From the NCBI GenBank assembly GCA_963422645.2, contig CAXXVO010000004.1, forward strand, positions 576,001 to 640,000: a stretch of DNA of 64,000 nucleotides, given 5' to 3'. Shown in pieces: positions 33,158 through 43,981 of this stretch. The notes under the pieces are model-generated. The model did no database searches and was not told the origin of the DNA. It saw only the letters and a program-made list of their open reading frames with translations. Positions within the stretch are counted from its first letter, which is position 1. Each line of letters opens with the position of its first letter. Origin of the DNA: Alphaproteobacteria bacterium (lineage in GTDB: Bacteria > Pseudomonadota > Alphaproteobacteria > UBA828). The translations under genes and the position numbers were made by a program.

Positions 33158-34142
33158 GGCGGCAGCGCGCCACGAGGGGCGCCAGCAGCTCGCGAGGCTC
33201 TTGCGGCGCGCGCCAGGCAAGGGTCACGGGCAGCGTGCGAACCATTTCTCTCGTGTCCATCGGCAGCCGCACATGGTCCTTCTCGGTGGTGACCGGCACG
33301 GCCCCCCGCTCCCTCGCTTCGTCGACGATGGCCGCGATCTCTCTCGGCTTATAGCGGTGGTGATCAGCAAAGGCATAGCGCGCGATCACAGTGCAGCCAT
33401 TCTCTGCCAACGTCTCGAAGAACTTATCCGGCCGCCCGATCCCGGCGAAGGCAATCACCGGCCGCTCGCGCAATTCACGGACCTCGTCGTTGGGCACCAG
33501 ATCGGCCTCGATGACCGGCATGTCGTGTTGCCCGAGGGCTGCTCGCGCACCCCGACGGTCGTCCCCGACGAGAACCAGCGCCTGCACCCGGCGCAGGCCT
33601 CTGGCGAGCGGTTCGCGCAATGGCCCGGCAGGCAACACGCAGCCATTGCCGATTCCGGCACCGCCGTCCACCACCGCAAGACAGAGATCCTTCGCTAGTC
33701 CGGGCGACTGCATGCCGTCGTCCATGAGCAGCATTTCTGCGCCGGCGGACTGGGCAGCGTCGGCGCCTGCTGCCCGGTCGCGGGAGAGCCAGGTCGGCGC
33801 TGCCCGGGCGAGCAGCAGCGCTTCGTCGCCGACCGCGTGCGCGTCATGGCGGGCGGGATCGACCCGGATCGGGCCTCGCATACTTCCGCCGTAACCGCGC
33901 GTCAGGACATGGGGGCGGATGCCCTCTTCCGCCAGCAGCGCGACGAGGGCGAGAACGGTGGGGGTCTTGCCCGCGCCGCCCACGGTGAAATTGCCGACGC
34001 AGATCACGGGTAGTCCCGCCTCAGCCGGCTGCACCAGAGATTCGCGGCTCCGCGCGCCGAAGCGATAGAGCCAGGAGAGCGGCGTCAGCGCGGCGGCAGC
34101 GAGACCGCCGCGCTCAGCCGCCCAGAATGCCGGCGCGCGCAT
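33150..34142 (-). CDS. lpxK: Tetraacyldisaccharide 4'-kinase
   Basis: VGNFTVGGAGKTP, RGYGG, GDEALLL, DDGMQ, TTEKD. Confidence 0.96.
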   Translation of the reverse strand: MRAPAFWAAERGGLAAAALTPLSWLYRFGARSRESLVQPAEAGLPVICVGNFTVGGAGKTPTVLALVALLAEEGIRPHVLTRGYGGSMRGPIRVDPARHDAHAVGDEALLLARAAPTWLSRDRAAGADAAQSAGAEMLLMDDGMQSPGLAKDLCLAVVDGGAGIGNGCVLPAGPLREPLARGLRRVQALVLVGDDRRGARAALGQHDMPVIEADLVPNDEVRELRERPVIAFAGIGRPDKFFETLAENGCTVIARYAFADHHRYKPREIAAIVDEARERGAVPVTTEKDHVRLPMDTREMVRTLPVTLAWRAPQEPRELLAPLVARCRRG

Positions 34143-35427
34143 CGCGGCCGCAGGGCGCGAGATGGTCGCGTATTAGGCCGAGTGCCGCCTCGACCGCACC
34201 GCCGAGGCCGCTTGCGGCCTCGTGCGCGGCAGCGGCACGGGCGAGCCGCGCGATCTCGTCGTCGAGCAAGGCGCGCACGGCGCCGGCGAACGCACCCGCG
34301 TCGCTCACCCGGCTGAGCGCATCGGCGCCCTCCAGCGCGGCGTACGCCTCGGCGAAGTTCTCCGTGTGCGGGCCGGCCACAATCGCACAATCGAGCCGCG
34401 CCGGCTCCAATGGATTGTGCCCGCCGTGGGGCTTGAGCGAGCCACCGACGAAAGCGATATCGGCGAGGCGATAGACCAGGCCGAGCTCGCCCAGCGTGTC
34501 CACGAGATAGATGGCGGTGGACGGTGCGATCGCTCCGTTCGCCGAGCGCCGGGCGGTGACGAGACCGCGTCGCTCCATCGTCTCGGCGATGGCAGAGCCC
34601 CGCTCCGGGTGCCGCGGCGCGAGGATCGTGAGCAGATCGGGGAAGCGTCGACGCAACGCGGAGACCGCCTCGCCTACAGCTTCCTCCTCGCCCTCGTGGG
34701 TGCTCGCTGCAGCCCAGCAAGGCCGGCCACCGATGGCTTGTCTGAGGGCCGTCACATCTTGCCCATCCGCCGACAGCGGCGGGGCGTCGTTCTTGAGGTT
34801 GCCGCGGACCCCGACGTTATGCGCGCCGAGCCCGCGAAATCGCGCCGCGTCCGCCTCAGTCTGCGCCAGGACTCCGGCGAAGGCCGCGAGCAAGGGCCGG
34901 CTCAGGTGCGGCGCCCGCCGCCAGCGCGCGGCGGAGCGCTCTGACATGCGCGCGTTGACCAGCAACATGGGGACACCGTGCGCGGCGGTCTCCAGGATCA
35001 GGTTTGGCCACAGCTCCGATTCCACCCAGACCGCAAGGTCCGGTCGCCAGTGCTGGGCGAAGCGCCGGACCGCGCCCGGCCGGTCGACCGGTGCGAACTG
35101 GTGACAGACGCCGTCCGGCACGCGCTCCCGCAGCAGCCGCTCCGAGCTAACGGTGCCGGACGTGATCAACACGCCGACGTCCGGGAGCGTTTCGCGCAAC
35201 CGCTCGACCAGCGGCAGCAGGGAGAGGCTCTCGCCGACGCTCACCGCGTGCATCCAGACCAGTCGGCCCTCGGGCCGGGGCAGGGTGGGCTTCCCGAGCC
35301 GCTCGCCGTAACGGACGCGGTCTTCCTTGCCCCGGCGCCGCCGGTGGGCGAGCCAGACATCGACCACCGGCGTGGCCAGCAGGCTGGCGCAGCGGTAGCT
35401 GCGCGGCGTGATCAGCGCTTCGATCAT
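34114..35427 (-). CDS. waaA: Kdo transferase
   Basis: WMHAVSVGE, ESELWPN, AASTHEGEE, PRHPER, GGHNPLEPA. Confidence 0.96.
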   Translation of the reverse strand: MIEALITPRSYRCASLLATPVVDVWLAHRRRRGKEDRVRYGERLGKPTLPRPEGRLVWMHAVSVGESLSLLPLVERLRETLPDVGVLITSGTVSSERLLRERVPDGVCHQFAPVDRPGAVRRFAQHWRPDLAVWVESELWPNLILETAAHGVPMLLVNARMSERSAARWRRAPHLSRPLLAAFAGVLAQTEADAARFRGLGAHNVGVRGNLKNDAPPLSADGQDVTALRQAIGGRPCWAAASTHEGEEEAVGEAVSALRRRFPDLLTILAPRHPERGSAIAETMERRGLVTARRSANGAIAPSTAIYLVDTLGELGLVYRLADIAFVGGSLKPHGGHNPLEPARLDCAIVAGPHTENFAEAYAALEGADALSRVSDAGAFAGAVRALLDDEIARLARAAAAHEAASGLGGAVEAALGLIRDHLAPCGRDARAGILGG

Positions 35428-36176
35428 GGGCGCGCAGCGGCGGCCGCCGCGCCCGAGCGCTCGCCCTTCGCCCGAGCGGCTTCCCCGGCCGGCTCGACCG
35501 GCTCCGTGCCGACCATGCGGTCGGCTTCGGCGGTGAGCGCGTTGAGCCGCTCCTCCAGAGTCTGGCGAGCCTCCTCCAGCGCGGCCTTGTCTGCGTCAGC
35601 AGCGACATAGAACGGGGGTCCCCACAGAACGACGCCGCGGCCGAAGGGCAGTGCGATGACGAAACGATCCCAACTGTTCGCGACCTTGCGCCGCGAGACC
35701 GCAAAGGTGATCGGCACGATCGGCGCCCCGGAGAGACGTGCCAGTGCGATGATCCCGGGCTGCGCCCGCATGCGGGGTCCGCGCGGACCGTCCGGCGTGA
35801 TGCCGAGATAGCCGCCCTTCTTCAACAAACGGAGAGAGGAGCGGATCGCTGCGGTACCGCCCCGCGTGGTCGAGCCGCGAATTGCCGCCACGCCCAGGTG
35901 CCGCACGGCGCGCGCGATGTTCTCGCCGTCGCGGTGGCGGGAGATGATGACGTGTATCGTGGCCTCTGCCTGCCAGCAATGCGGCGCCATCATCAGCCGC
36001 CCGTGCCAGAAAGCGGCGATGAAGGGCTGGCCCACGCCCAGCATTGCATCGGCGTCTTCACGTCCGACGGTCTGCCAGCGGTTCGTTGCGAAGACCAGAC
36101 GCACGAAGCGAACGAAGAGCCAGATGAGCACGGCACGCCCGAGCCGGCTCCGCGCGACGCGCTTGCCGAGCGCCAT
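35424..36176 (-). CDS. DUF374 lysophospholipid acyltransferase-family protein
   Basis: AFWHGR, ISRHRDGE, IRGS, TPDGPRGP, WDRF; canonical position between msbA and waaA. Confidence 0.88.
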   Translation of the reverse strand: MALGKRVARSRLGRAVLIWLFVRFVRLVFATNRWQTVGREDADAMLGVGQPFIAAFWHGRLMMAPHCWQAEATIHVIISRHRDGENIARAVRHLGVAAIRGSTTRGGTAAIRSSLRLLKKGGYLGITPDGPRGPRMRAQPGIIALARLSGAPIVPITFAVSRRKVANSWDRFVIALPFGRGVVLWGPPFYVAADADKAALEEARQTLEERLNALTAEADRMVGTEPVEPAGEAARAKGERSGAAAAAARP

Positions 36177-36178
36177 GC

Positions 36179-37957
36179 CTATTCGGCAGCCATGCCTGCG
36201 GAAAACTGCACGGCGTGAAGCCGCGCGTACACGCCATTCGCCGCCAAGAGCGATCGATGCGTGCCCGATTCCGCGAGCCTGCCGTCTTCCAGCACGTAGA
36301 TCCGGTTGGCCTCCCGGACCGTGGAGAGGCGGTGGGCGATGACGAGGGTGGTGCGGCCCTGCATCAGGCTCCGCAAGGCGTCCTGCACTTGCCGCTCTGA
36401 CTCAGCGTCGAGCGCGCTGGTCGCCTCGTCGAGCAGCAGGATCGGGGCATCCTTGAGCATGGCGCGGGCGATGGAGAGTCGCTGCCGCTGGCCGCCCGAG
36501 AGCTTGACTCCGTGCTCGCCGATGATCGTGTCGTATCCGTCGGGGAGCTCCTCGATGAAGCGCCCGGCGCCGGCCGCGCGCGACGCGGCTTCGATGTCAT
36601 CGTCGCTTGCACCGATCCGCCCGTAGGCGATGTTGGCGCGGACGCTTTCGTCGAAGAGCACTGCTTCCTGGCTCACCAGTGCCAGAGCGTCGCGCACGCT
36701 TTCGATCGTCGCCTCGCGCACGTCGGTCCCGTCGATGCTGACCCTTCCTTCGTCCACGTCATAGAGCCGGGGGATCAGGTTGAGCACCGTGGACTTGCCG
36801 GCGCCGGAGGGCCCGACCAGGGCGACCGTCTCACCCGCCGGGATGTCCAGGGTTACGTCGAGGAGCGCCGGTGCGCCATTCGGATAGGAGAAGCTGACGC
36901 GATGGAGCGCGACGGCGCCGCCCGCGACCTTCAGGGGCCGCGCATCCGGGGCCTCTCCGATGCGGGGTTCCGTGTCCAGCAGATCGAACACGCGCTGGCT
37001 CGCGGCGAGGCCCTCCTGCAGGCTGGCGTTGAGATTGGCGAGCGCCTTGAGCGGCCGATAGGCAAGCAGCATGGCGGTCACGAAGGCGAAGAAAGCGCCT
37101 GGCGTCAGCGCACCCTGGATTACCTGCCAGCCGCCATAGAGGATCAGCACGGCAATGAAGATGCCGCCGAGCGTTTCCATGATCGGCGTCGCGGCGGCAC
37201 GGATGCGCTGCTGTTTGAAGATCAGGCGGAAAACGCTCTCGATCAGGCGGTCGGTGCGCTCGGATTCGAAGCGTTCCCGGTTGTACGCCTTGACGTGGCG
37301 CGCGCCCTGAAAGGTCTCGTTGAGCCGCGCGGTGAAGAGGCCCAGCTCGTGCAGCGCCGAGGTCGAGACCCTGCGCATGCGCCGGCCGATTTTCGAAATC
37401 GGGTAGATCGCAATGGGGAAGACGACACAGGCGATCAACGCAAGCTTCCAGTCCTTCTCGAACATTACGCCGACCAGGAACAGCAAGGTCAGGACGTCCT
37501 TGACCACGCCTGTGAGCGCGTTGGAGACCGCGTTGCGCATCATGTTGACGTCGTTGGTCAGCCGCGAGACCAGCCTGCCGGACGCCGTGTCCTGGAAGAA
37601 CGCGAGGTCGAAACGCAGGATGTGGGCGAAGATTCGGCTCTGGAGGTCGGCAATGACGCGCTGCCCGACGAAGGCCATCAGCACCGCCTGCCCGTAGGTG
37701 GCGGCGCCTCGGATCAGCGTGATTCCGATCACCGCGATGGGGACCACGATGAGGAGCGTACGGTCCTTCTCCAGGAAGATCTGGTCCAGCACCGGCTCCA
37801 TGAGATAGGCCAGCGCCGCCGTGGAGCCGGCGGCAAGCGTCATGCAAAGCACAGCGAGCGCGAGCCGGCCCAAATGGGGGCGCACATGATCGCGCACGAG
37901 GCGGATCAGCAGGTGCCTCGTCAAGCCTGGTCGAGGGGACGGGTCGGGTCGCTCCAC
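36179..37957 (-). CDS. msbA: Lipid A flippase, MsbA-like ABC transporter
   Basis: TMD + NBD fusion (GPSGAGKS, LSGGQRQR, DEATSALD); in the lipid A cluster. Confidence 0.88.
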   Translation of the reverse strand: MERPDPSPRPGLTRHLLIRLVRDHVRPHLGRLALAVLCMTLAAGSTAALAYLMEPVLDQIFLEKDRTLLIVVPIAVIGITLIRGAATYGQAVLMAFVGQRVIADLQSRIFAHILRFDLAFFQDTASGRLVSRLTNDVNMMRNAVSNALTGVVKDVLTLLFLVGVMFEKDWKLALIACVVFPIAIYPISKIGRRMRRVSTSALHELGLFTARLNETFQGARHVKAYNRERFESERTDRLIESVFRLIFKQQRIRAAATPIMETLGGIFIAVLILYGGWQVIQGALTPGAFFAFVTAMLLAYRPLKALANLNASLQEGLAASQRVFDLLDTEPRIGEAPDARPLKVAGGAVALHRVSFSYPNGAPALLDVTLDIPAGETVALVGPSGAGKSTVLNLIPRLYDVDEGRVSIDGTDVREATIESVRDALALVSQEAVLFDESVRANIAYGRIGASDDDIEAASRAAGAGRFIEELPDGYDTIIGEHGVKLSGGQRQRLSIARAMLKDAPILLLDEATSALDAESERQVQDALRSLMQGRTTLVIAHRLSTVREANRIYVLEDGRLAESGTHRSLLAANGVYARLHAVQFSAGMAAE

Positions 37958-38069
37958 GGCTTTCGCCCGGTTCAGGCGCCAACGCCTAAACGCTTGAAAT
38001 CAACCCCATAGCATGGCCGGGGCATGGGCTCCAACCGTAGCATACCCCGTGAAGAATTGCCGTCGGCGC

Positions 38070-39419
38070 TTAGCGGCCCGCCACCGTCATGCCGTCGATG
38101 CGCACGGTGGGGCTATTGACCCCATAGAGGAACTCGAGATCGCTGGCCGGCGTCAGGTGGCGGAACATCTCCTTGAGACTGCCGGCGACGGTGACCTCGC
38201 TCACCGGATAGGCGATTTCGCCCTGCTCGATCCAGAAGCCCGCCGCGCCCCGGCTGTAGTCGCCGGTCACCATGTTCACGCCCATGCCCATCAGCTCGGT
38301 GACATAGAGGCCGCTTTCCGCGCCGCCGATCAGAGCCTCTGCGCTCTCGGCGCCGGGTTCCAGCCATAAATTGGTGCAAGAGGGCGAGGGCGGTGCGCTG
38401 GCGCCCCGCGAGGCATGGCCGGTGCTAACGAGCTCCAGCTGGCGGGCCGAGCGGGAGTCGAGCAGCCAGGTCTGCAGCACGCCATCGGCGATGATGGCGC
38501 GCCGCTCCGACGCAACCCCCTCGCCGTCGAAGGGGCGTGAGCGCAGTCCCCGCGCCCGGTGCGGGTCATCCATGACGGTGATGCCGGTCGCGAACAGCTG
38601 GGTTTCCAGCGAGTCCTTCAGAAAGCTCGTTCCGCGCGCGATCGATGGGCCGGTGATGGCACCGGCGAGGTGGGAGAGCAGCCCGCCCGCGATCCGAGGG
38701 TCGTAGACCACCGGCACCTGCCCCGATTGCGCCTTGCGGGCGCCTAGCCGGCGCACCGCGCGCTCGCCGGCGCGGCGGCCGATCGTCGCGGGGTCGTCCA
38801 GATCGGCCTCGTGCACCGTCGCCGACCAGTCGTAGTCGCGCTCCATCGCCGTGCCCTCGCCGGCCAGCGCCGCAGCGCTCACCGAGAACCGGCTCGTGGC
38901 GTAGCCGCCGGCGAAGCCGCCGCTGGTCGCGAGCGTCACCTCGGACCGGCCCCAGCTCGCGCTCGCGCCATCAGAATTGGTGACGCCGGTGACGGCGCGG
39001 GCGGCGTCCTCCGCCTCTGCCGCGCGGGCCATCAGGCTCTCGGCGTCGGGCTCGCTCGCATCGGCGAGATCGAAGGAGGGCCAGTCTCGGGCGAGGAGGG
39101 CCGGATCGGCGAGGCCCGCATAGGGGTCCTCCGGCACCGAGCGCGCCATGGCGATCGCCCGCTCGGCGAGCGGCCCGAGCGTGCTTTCCGAGAGGTCCGT
39201 GGTGGAGACGATGGCCTGGCGCGCACCAACGAAGACGCGGAGACCCAGGGTGCGGCCTTCCGCCCGCACGAGCTCCTCCGGCTCCCCGAGCCGGTAGCCG
39301 GCATCGAGCGCACTGCCGTGGACGTAGAGCGCGTCGGCGGCATCGGCGCCGAGCCGACGCGCGCGCGCAATCAGCCCTTCCAGCAGGGTGGCGGACTCAC
39401 CCGCCTCGGCGGTTCCCAT
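38070..39419 (-). CDS. pmbA: TldD/PmbA family protein (PmbA/TldE)
   Basis: MERDY, PFDGEG, TGDYSRGAAGFWIE.GE. Confidence 0.9.
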   Translation of the reverse strand: MGTAEAGESATLLEGLIARARRLGADAADALYVHGSALDAGYRLGEPEELVRAEGRTLGLRVFVGARQAIVSTTDLSESTLGPLAERAIAMARSVPEDPYAGLADPALLARDWPSFDLADASEPDAESLMARAAEAEDAARAVTGVTNSDGASASWGRSEVTLATSGGFAGGYATSRFSVSAAALAGEGTAMERDYDWSATVHEADLDDPATIGRRAGERAVRRLGARKAQSGQVPVVYDPRIAGGLLSHLAGAITGPSIARGTSFLKDSLETQLFATGITVMDDPHRARGLRSRPFDGEGVASERRAIIADGVLQTWLLDSRSARQLELVSTGHASRGASAPPSPSCTNLWLEPGAESAEALIGGAESGLYVTELMGMGVNMVTGDYSRGAAGFWIEQGEIAYPVSEVTVAGSLKEMFRHLTPASDLEFLYGVNSPTVRIDGMTVAGR

Positions 39420-39469
39420 GATCGGAGAGGCGCAGCCTTGGTCGTTGCGTAGCGGCCGGGCGCGGCCGG

Positions 39470-39943
39470 TCAGAGGCCGAAAAGGCCGGAGCGAATGCGC
39501 CGGTTCTTCTCGAGATACTGCTGGTGGTAGTCCTCGGCCATCCAGAACTCCGCAGCCGGCTCGATCAGGGTCGCGATGGGGTGCCCCGCCGCCACGAGCT
39601 TCGCCTTGCTTGCCTCCGCGGCCTCCTTCTGCCCCTCCGAGCCGCAGAAGATGACCGAGCGATACTGGGTGCCGACGTCGGGCCCCTGGCGGTTGACCTG
39701 GGTCGGATCGTGGACCTGCCAGAAGAGCTCCAGCAGCGTCTCGTAGCTCACCCTGGCGGGGTCGAAGACCACCCGCACCACCTCCGCATGGCCGGTCTGG
39801 CCGCTGCACACGTCGTAATAGCCAGGCTCGGCCGTGTGGCCGCCTGCGTATCCGACCGCAGTCTCGACGACGCCGTCGACCCGGCGAAACGCGGCCTCGA
39901 CGCCCCAGAAGCAGCCCGCTCCGAAAATTGCCGTCTCAGTCAT
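39470..39943 (-). CDS. msrA: Peptide methionine sulfoxide reductase A
   Basis: [34 protein letters not shown]. Confidence 0.96.
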   Translation of the reverse strand: MTETAIFGAGCFWGVEAAFRRVDGVVETAVGYAGGHTAEPGYYDVCSGQTGHAEVVRVVFDPARVSYETLLELFWQVHDPTQVNRQGPDVGTQYRSVIFCGSEGQKEAAEASKAKLVAAGHPIATLIEPAAEFWMAEDYHQQYLEKNRRIRSGLFGL

Positions 39944-40026
39944 CTCGCCCTCACACCCGTCTCTTCCTTGTGTGTTAGATAGCACCTCGCGGAGATGCGG
40001 CAAACAAAAGCGGCAGGAGTCACGGC

Positions 40027-41289
40027 ATGGCGAACGGAGTTGAAACGCAGAGCGACTACGAGGCCTACCGCAAGAGGGTCTTCGACTTCCTCTGGCGGGA
40101 GGTCGAACCCAGGGCGAGCGAGATGGAGCGCACGGGCACGTTCCCGCAGGACGCGCTCTTCCCGCAATTCCGCGATCACGGCCTCTTCGGCGCGGTCATC
40201 CCCGAGGAATACGGCGGAATCGCGTTGAACTGCTCCCAGTATCTGCCGCTGCTCGCCGAGTTCTCGAAGGTCTCAGGCGTCGTCCGGGTGCTGCTGCACG
40301 TCCACAACACCAGCGCGCGGGCGATCGTCGCCTACGGCACCGAGGCGCAGAAGAAGACGCTGCTGCCGGCGTTAGCCACCGGCGAGCAGTCGCTCACCTT
40401 CGCCATCACCGAGCCGAATTCCGGGAGCGGCATGGATGTCGGCACGTATGCGAGACGCGAGGGCGACCGCTGGATCGTCAACGGCGCGAAGCACTACATC
40501 ACCAATGCCGACTTCGCGACGGGCCACCTGATCTGCTGCCGCACCGGCGCGCGCGGCGATCGCCGCGGGCTCAGCGCGCTGGTGGTGCCCACCGGCGCGC
40601 CCGGGTTCACCATCGAGCCCATGCCCGACATGATGGGCAACAACGGCCCGCCCCACGGCATCCTGCACTTCAAGGACACGCCGGTGCCGGTGGACAGCAT
40701 GGTGGGCGCCGAGGGCGACGGCCTCGACGTCTTCCTCGGTGAGCTGGAGCCGAGCCGCGTTTTCGTTGCCGCGAGCTCGCTGGGCACCGCCGAGCGGGCG
40801 CTGGAGATCGCCCTCCACTTCGCCGGCGAGCGCGTCACATTCGGCAAGCCCATCGCCGCGCGTCCCTCCGTCCAGTCCGAGCTCGCCGACATGGCCCGCG
40901 ACGTCTACGCGCTCCGCCTCATTCTGGAAGACGTGGCCGCCAAGATCGACCGCGAGCAGCCGTGCGCGGTGGAGGCCTCCATCGCCAAGCTCTTCGGGCT
41001 CGAGACCGTGATGCGGGTGACCGACAAGGCGATGGACGTGGTGGGCGGGCGCGCCTACTTCACCGACTACCCCTATCCGCTGGAGCGGCTCTACCGCGAG
41101 TGCCGGATCAACATGCTGGAGGAAGGCACGCCCTCGATCCAGCGGCTGGTCATCGCGCGCAGCCTGCTCCGTCAGCCGGTGCCGCTCGACATCGGCACGC
41201 TGGGGGAGCCCTATCAGCCGGCGGGCACCGATCCCGCCCTCGGCGACCGGCGGCCACATGACCTCACCTACGCCCACGCGGAGGAGTGA
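40027..41289 (+). CDS. Acyl-CoA dehydrogenase family protein
   Basis: [32 protein letters not shown]...EGT..IQR. Confidence 0.92.
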   Translation: MANGVETQSDYEAYRKRVFDFLWREVEPRASEMERTGTFPQDALFPQFRDHGLFGAVIPEEYGGIALNCSQYLPLLAEFSKVSGVVRVLLHVHNTSARAIVAYGTEAQKKTLLPALATGEQSLTFAITEPNSGSGMDVGTYARREGDRWIVNGAKHYITNADFATGHLICCRTGARGDRRGLSALVVPTGAPGFTIEPMPDMMGNNGPPHGILHFKDTPVPVDSMVGAEGDGLDVFLGELEPSRVFVAASSLGTAERALEIALHFAGERVTFGKPIAARPSVQSELADMARDVYALRLILEDVAAKIDREQPCAVEASIAKLFGLETVMRVTDKAMDVVGGRAYFTDYPYPLERLYRECRINMLEEGTPSIQRLVIARSLLRQPVPLDIGTLGEPYQPAGTDPALGDRRPHDLTYAHAEE

Positions 41290-41313
41290 CGGCGTAGCAC
41301 CGCTCCGCAGGGT

Positions 41314-41937
41314 TCAAAGTGCGGGGCCGTGCTCCGCGATCAGGCGCTCGGCCTCGGTCAGGTCGTCCGCGCGGTTGGCGTTGAAGAAGGGGTCCACCGG
41401 ATCGCAGGGGAAGGCGACTTCCACCAGCCTGTGCCTTGCGGTCCAGCGATCGATCTTACGCTCGCCCTGTTTGACCAGAGCGTCGCGCAAGTCGGCGCGG
41501 AGCGCCACCGGCCAGAGCCCGAACACCGGATGCGCCCGCCCGCCCGAGGCGGCGCAGGCAAGATCGGCGCCCGCAAGGTCGCGGGCCTCCACCATCGTCT
41601 CGACCAGATCACGCGGCAGGAAGGGCGCATCTGTGGCAAAGCTCGCCACCAATGGGTGGTGGGGCGCATTCTCTGCCGCCCAGTCGAGCGCGGTCAGGAT
41701 TCCGGCGAGCGGCCCGGCGTAACCCTCCACCACATCGGCCACCACCGGCAGGCCGAATGACGCGAAACGCGCGGGATCGCCGTTCGCGTTCAGGATCAGC
41801 GGGCCGACCTGGGGTGCGATGCGCGCAATCACCCGTGCGAGCAGGGTCTCGCCGGCGAGCGGCCGCAAGCATTTGTCGCCGCCCCCCATGCGCCGCGCCA
41901 AGCCGCCTGCGAGGAGTACGCCTGCGACTGGCGTCAT
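41314..41937 (-). CDS. mobA: Molybdenum cofactor guanylyltransferase
   Basis: [32 protein letters not shown]. Confidence 0.94.
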   Translation of the reverse strand: MTPVAGVLLAGGLARRMGGGDKCLRPLAGETLLARVIARIAPQVGPLILNANGDPARFASFGLPVVADVVEGYAGPLAGILTALDWAAENAPHHPLVASFATDAPFLPRDLVETMVEARDLAGADLACAASGGRAHPVFGLWPVALRADLRDALVKQGERKIDRWTARHRLVEVAFPCDPVDPFFNANRADDLTEAERLIAEHGPAL

Positions 41938-42248
41938 GGGTTGCGCCCTTCCCTCTGCCGTCGTCTCGTGTGTTCTGGCATTCGCCGATGGTGTCTGGTT
42001 TATTCATATCCCTCAAGCTTGGCATAGCCAGTCACGACAGCCTGATGAGACCCCATAACCTACTGGAAGAACGTGAACATTTCACTTTCATCGCAGCGTG
42101 GCACGAGAGCATCTTCGTAACGCCCGTAAGCGTATCGCTAGCGAATTCATTATAACTGCAGCGTATCAAACCGCGCAGGTGTCAAATTATTGGTAACCAT
42201 TCCGCCAAACCGTGGAACCGGCTGACCCGTCGCTGCGTTCGATGTGCA

Positions 42249-42655
42249 GTGACGACGGATCTCTACGCATCGCGGCCATCGACCGCCTCCGTTCGTCCGG
42301 GCCAGCACGGCTTCGCGGAACGGTTACAATTATTGCGACACCACCGCGGGAGAGCGCCCCGTCCAAGCCGGCACGGGAAGCGGCCGCGCATAGAAGTCGT
42401 CGACTTCTTGCATGCATGCGAAAATCTCCGAACGGCATCCGACCATGCGGCGGCCTCCGACTGGTTCGAGAGGTACCGCGAGGTTCTGCGTCACAACCCC
42501 TGTAACGCCGACAAGGTGATCCGAGCGTTGCGCCATCTTGATGATAGCGCAAAGCCGGATCGGGCCGAGATCGAACGGGAACTTGCCTTCTTGCGCAAGC
42601 ACCACCAGCGCATGTGGTACCACGCCCTGAAGGCAGAGAGCGTCGCCATCGGCTA
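42249..42655 (+). pseudogene. Degraded ISKra4-like transposase fragment
   Basis: VVDFLHACENL...ELAFLRKHHQRMWY..LKAESVAIG resembles the ISKra4 C-terminal DxxHAxExL...RMxY...PIGSG; broken off; boundaries approximate. Confidence 0.6.
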
Positions 42656-43100
42656 TCTTGACCTGGTAGTCGGCGAGGTCGCCGATAGCGAGATCGCAAA
42701 CGATGGTGTGGGACGGAGTTTGGTAGGCAGCGGTGGCACGTGCCTTGAACTCCGGCCAGAGGTCCGCCAGCACCTTGGCTGCCAAGTTTCTGAGGCGACA
42801 AGCGAAGCAGCGCTGAAGCGTCAATCGCGGGAAGCAGGTCTCGATCACCTTCATGATGCCCGCCGCACCGTCCGAGACCACAAGCAGGGGATCGCCGAAG
42901 CCGTCCTGGAGTGAGGCGGGACCGTGGCTTCGGCGGAGCAGGGTAGCCCAGCCTCGAACTGTCGGGTTCGCAGTTGTCACCGGTCATTGGGTGGACTCGG
43001 TCTGTCAGCGCGGCGAAGGTGCCGGGGATGACCTTCCGATTCTCTTCGATCAGCAGTGAGCGCGGCGGTTCGCCGGACGGAGCGGGAAGCCCTCTCCCCA
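42656..43100 (-). pseudogene. Degraded IS256-family transposase fragment
   Basis: PLLVVSDGAAGIMKVIETCFPR..LQRC...RNLAAKV..DLWPEFKARA resembles IS256 (SDG...QRCxxH); boundaries approximate. Confidence 0.7.
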
Positions 43101-43981
43101 GTACGAGGCCCATCGCATCGCTCGAGACCCGCAGAACCTCAAACGAATCACTTCCGACGGTATGCCGGTGCCGTGTGCCCGCTGATTAACCCTATGCTAG
43201 AAGTCTACAACTAAACGGATTTCCCTTAATGGCACGCACGGATAACTTTCCGACGCTTCGCGAGCGCACCCTTGTGCTGCTTATCAACGTCGCAATTTTC
43301 TACGCAGTCTTTGTCGCCACTACCGGTCGCTTGCTGCCAACGGGCGGGATCGAAAGCGTCTGGCTTGTGAGTGCTTTCGCGCTTTGGTTTCTCAGCCTGT
43401 TGTCGGCACCGTGGTTCATCCCGCCACGAGACGTTCTGGTCAACGGCATTGCCGCCGCCGCCATTCTCACTGCGATCGATCTCTCGCCTGCCCCGCAATT
43501 TCGGGCGGAACTCGAAATCATCCGTTGGACTGCGATCGTCTACTGCGCCGCAGTCTCTGTACTCGCTTTTGTCGCGCTGTTTCTTCATGACCGTAATCAG
43601 AGAGGAAGCGGCGGTCGCCTTGTATTCCGCCTGACGGGCATCTTCGGCAGAGGCGAAATCCTGTATACGCCCGCTGCCATCATCAGCATTGTCGGAGCAT
43701 ACCAGGATAGCTTCGCCATTATCGCGTGGCTCGCCATCCTGTGGATACTCTTCACCGTTGCTCGTCCAATCGAGCTCATCGCCGCGGCATGGCGCCAATG
43801 GGGTCGAGACACACTCGACTATGGTGTTGCGCCCTCCGTGGGGACCATTGACCGAATAGACCATCCCAATATCGTCCGCGTGCGCCTTATCTCGGGCAGC
43901 ACGTGGAAACCACATACGCTGCATGTCGCCGCTATGCCGGATGGACACCAGCAATACGTACTCTCACTATTCTCGCAGGTT

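Noticed and set aside
38070-39809. 579-aa PmbA with N-terminal extension
   Set aside because: The extension overlaps msrA; the real start is likely 39419.
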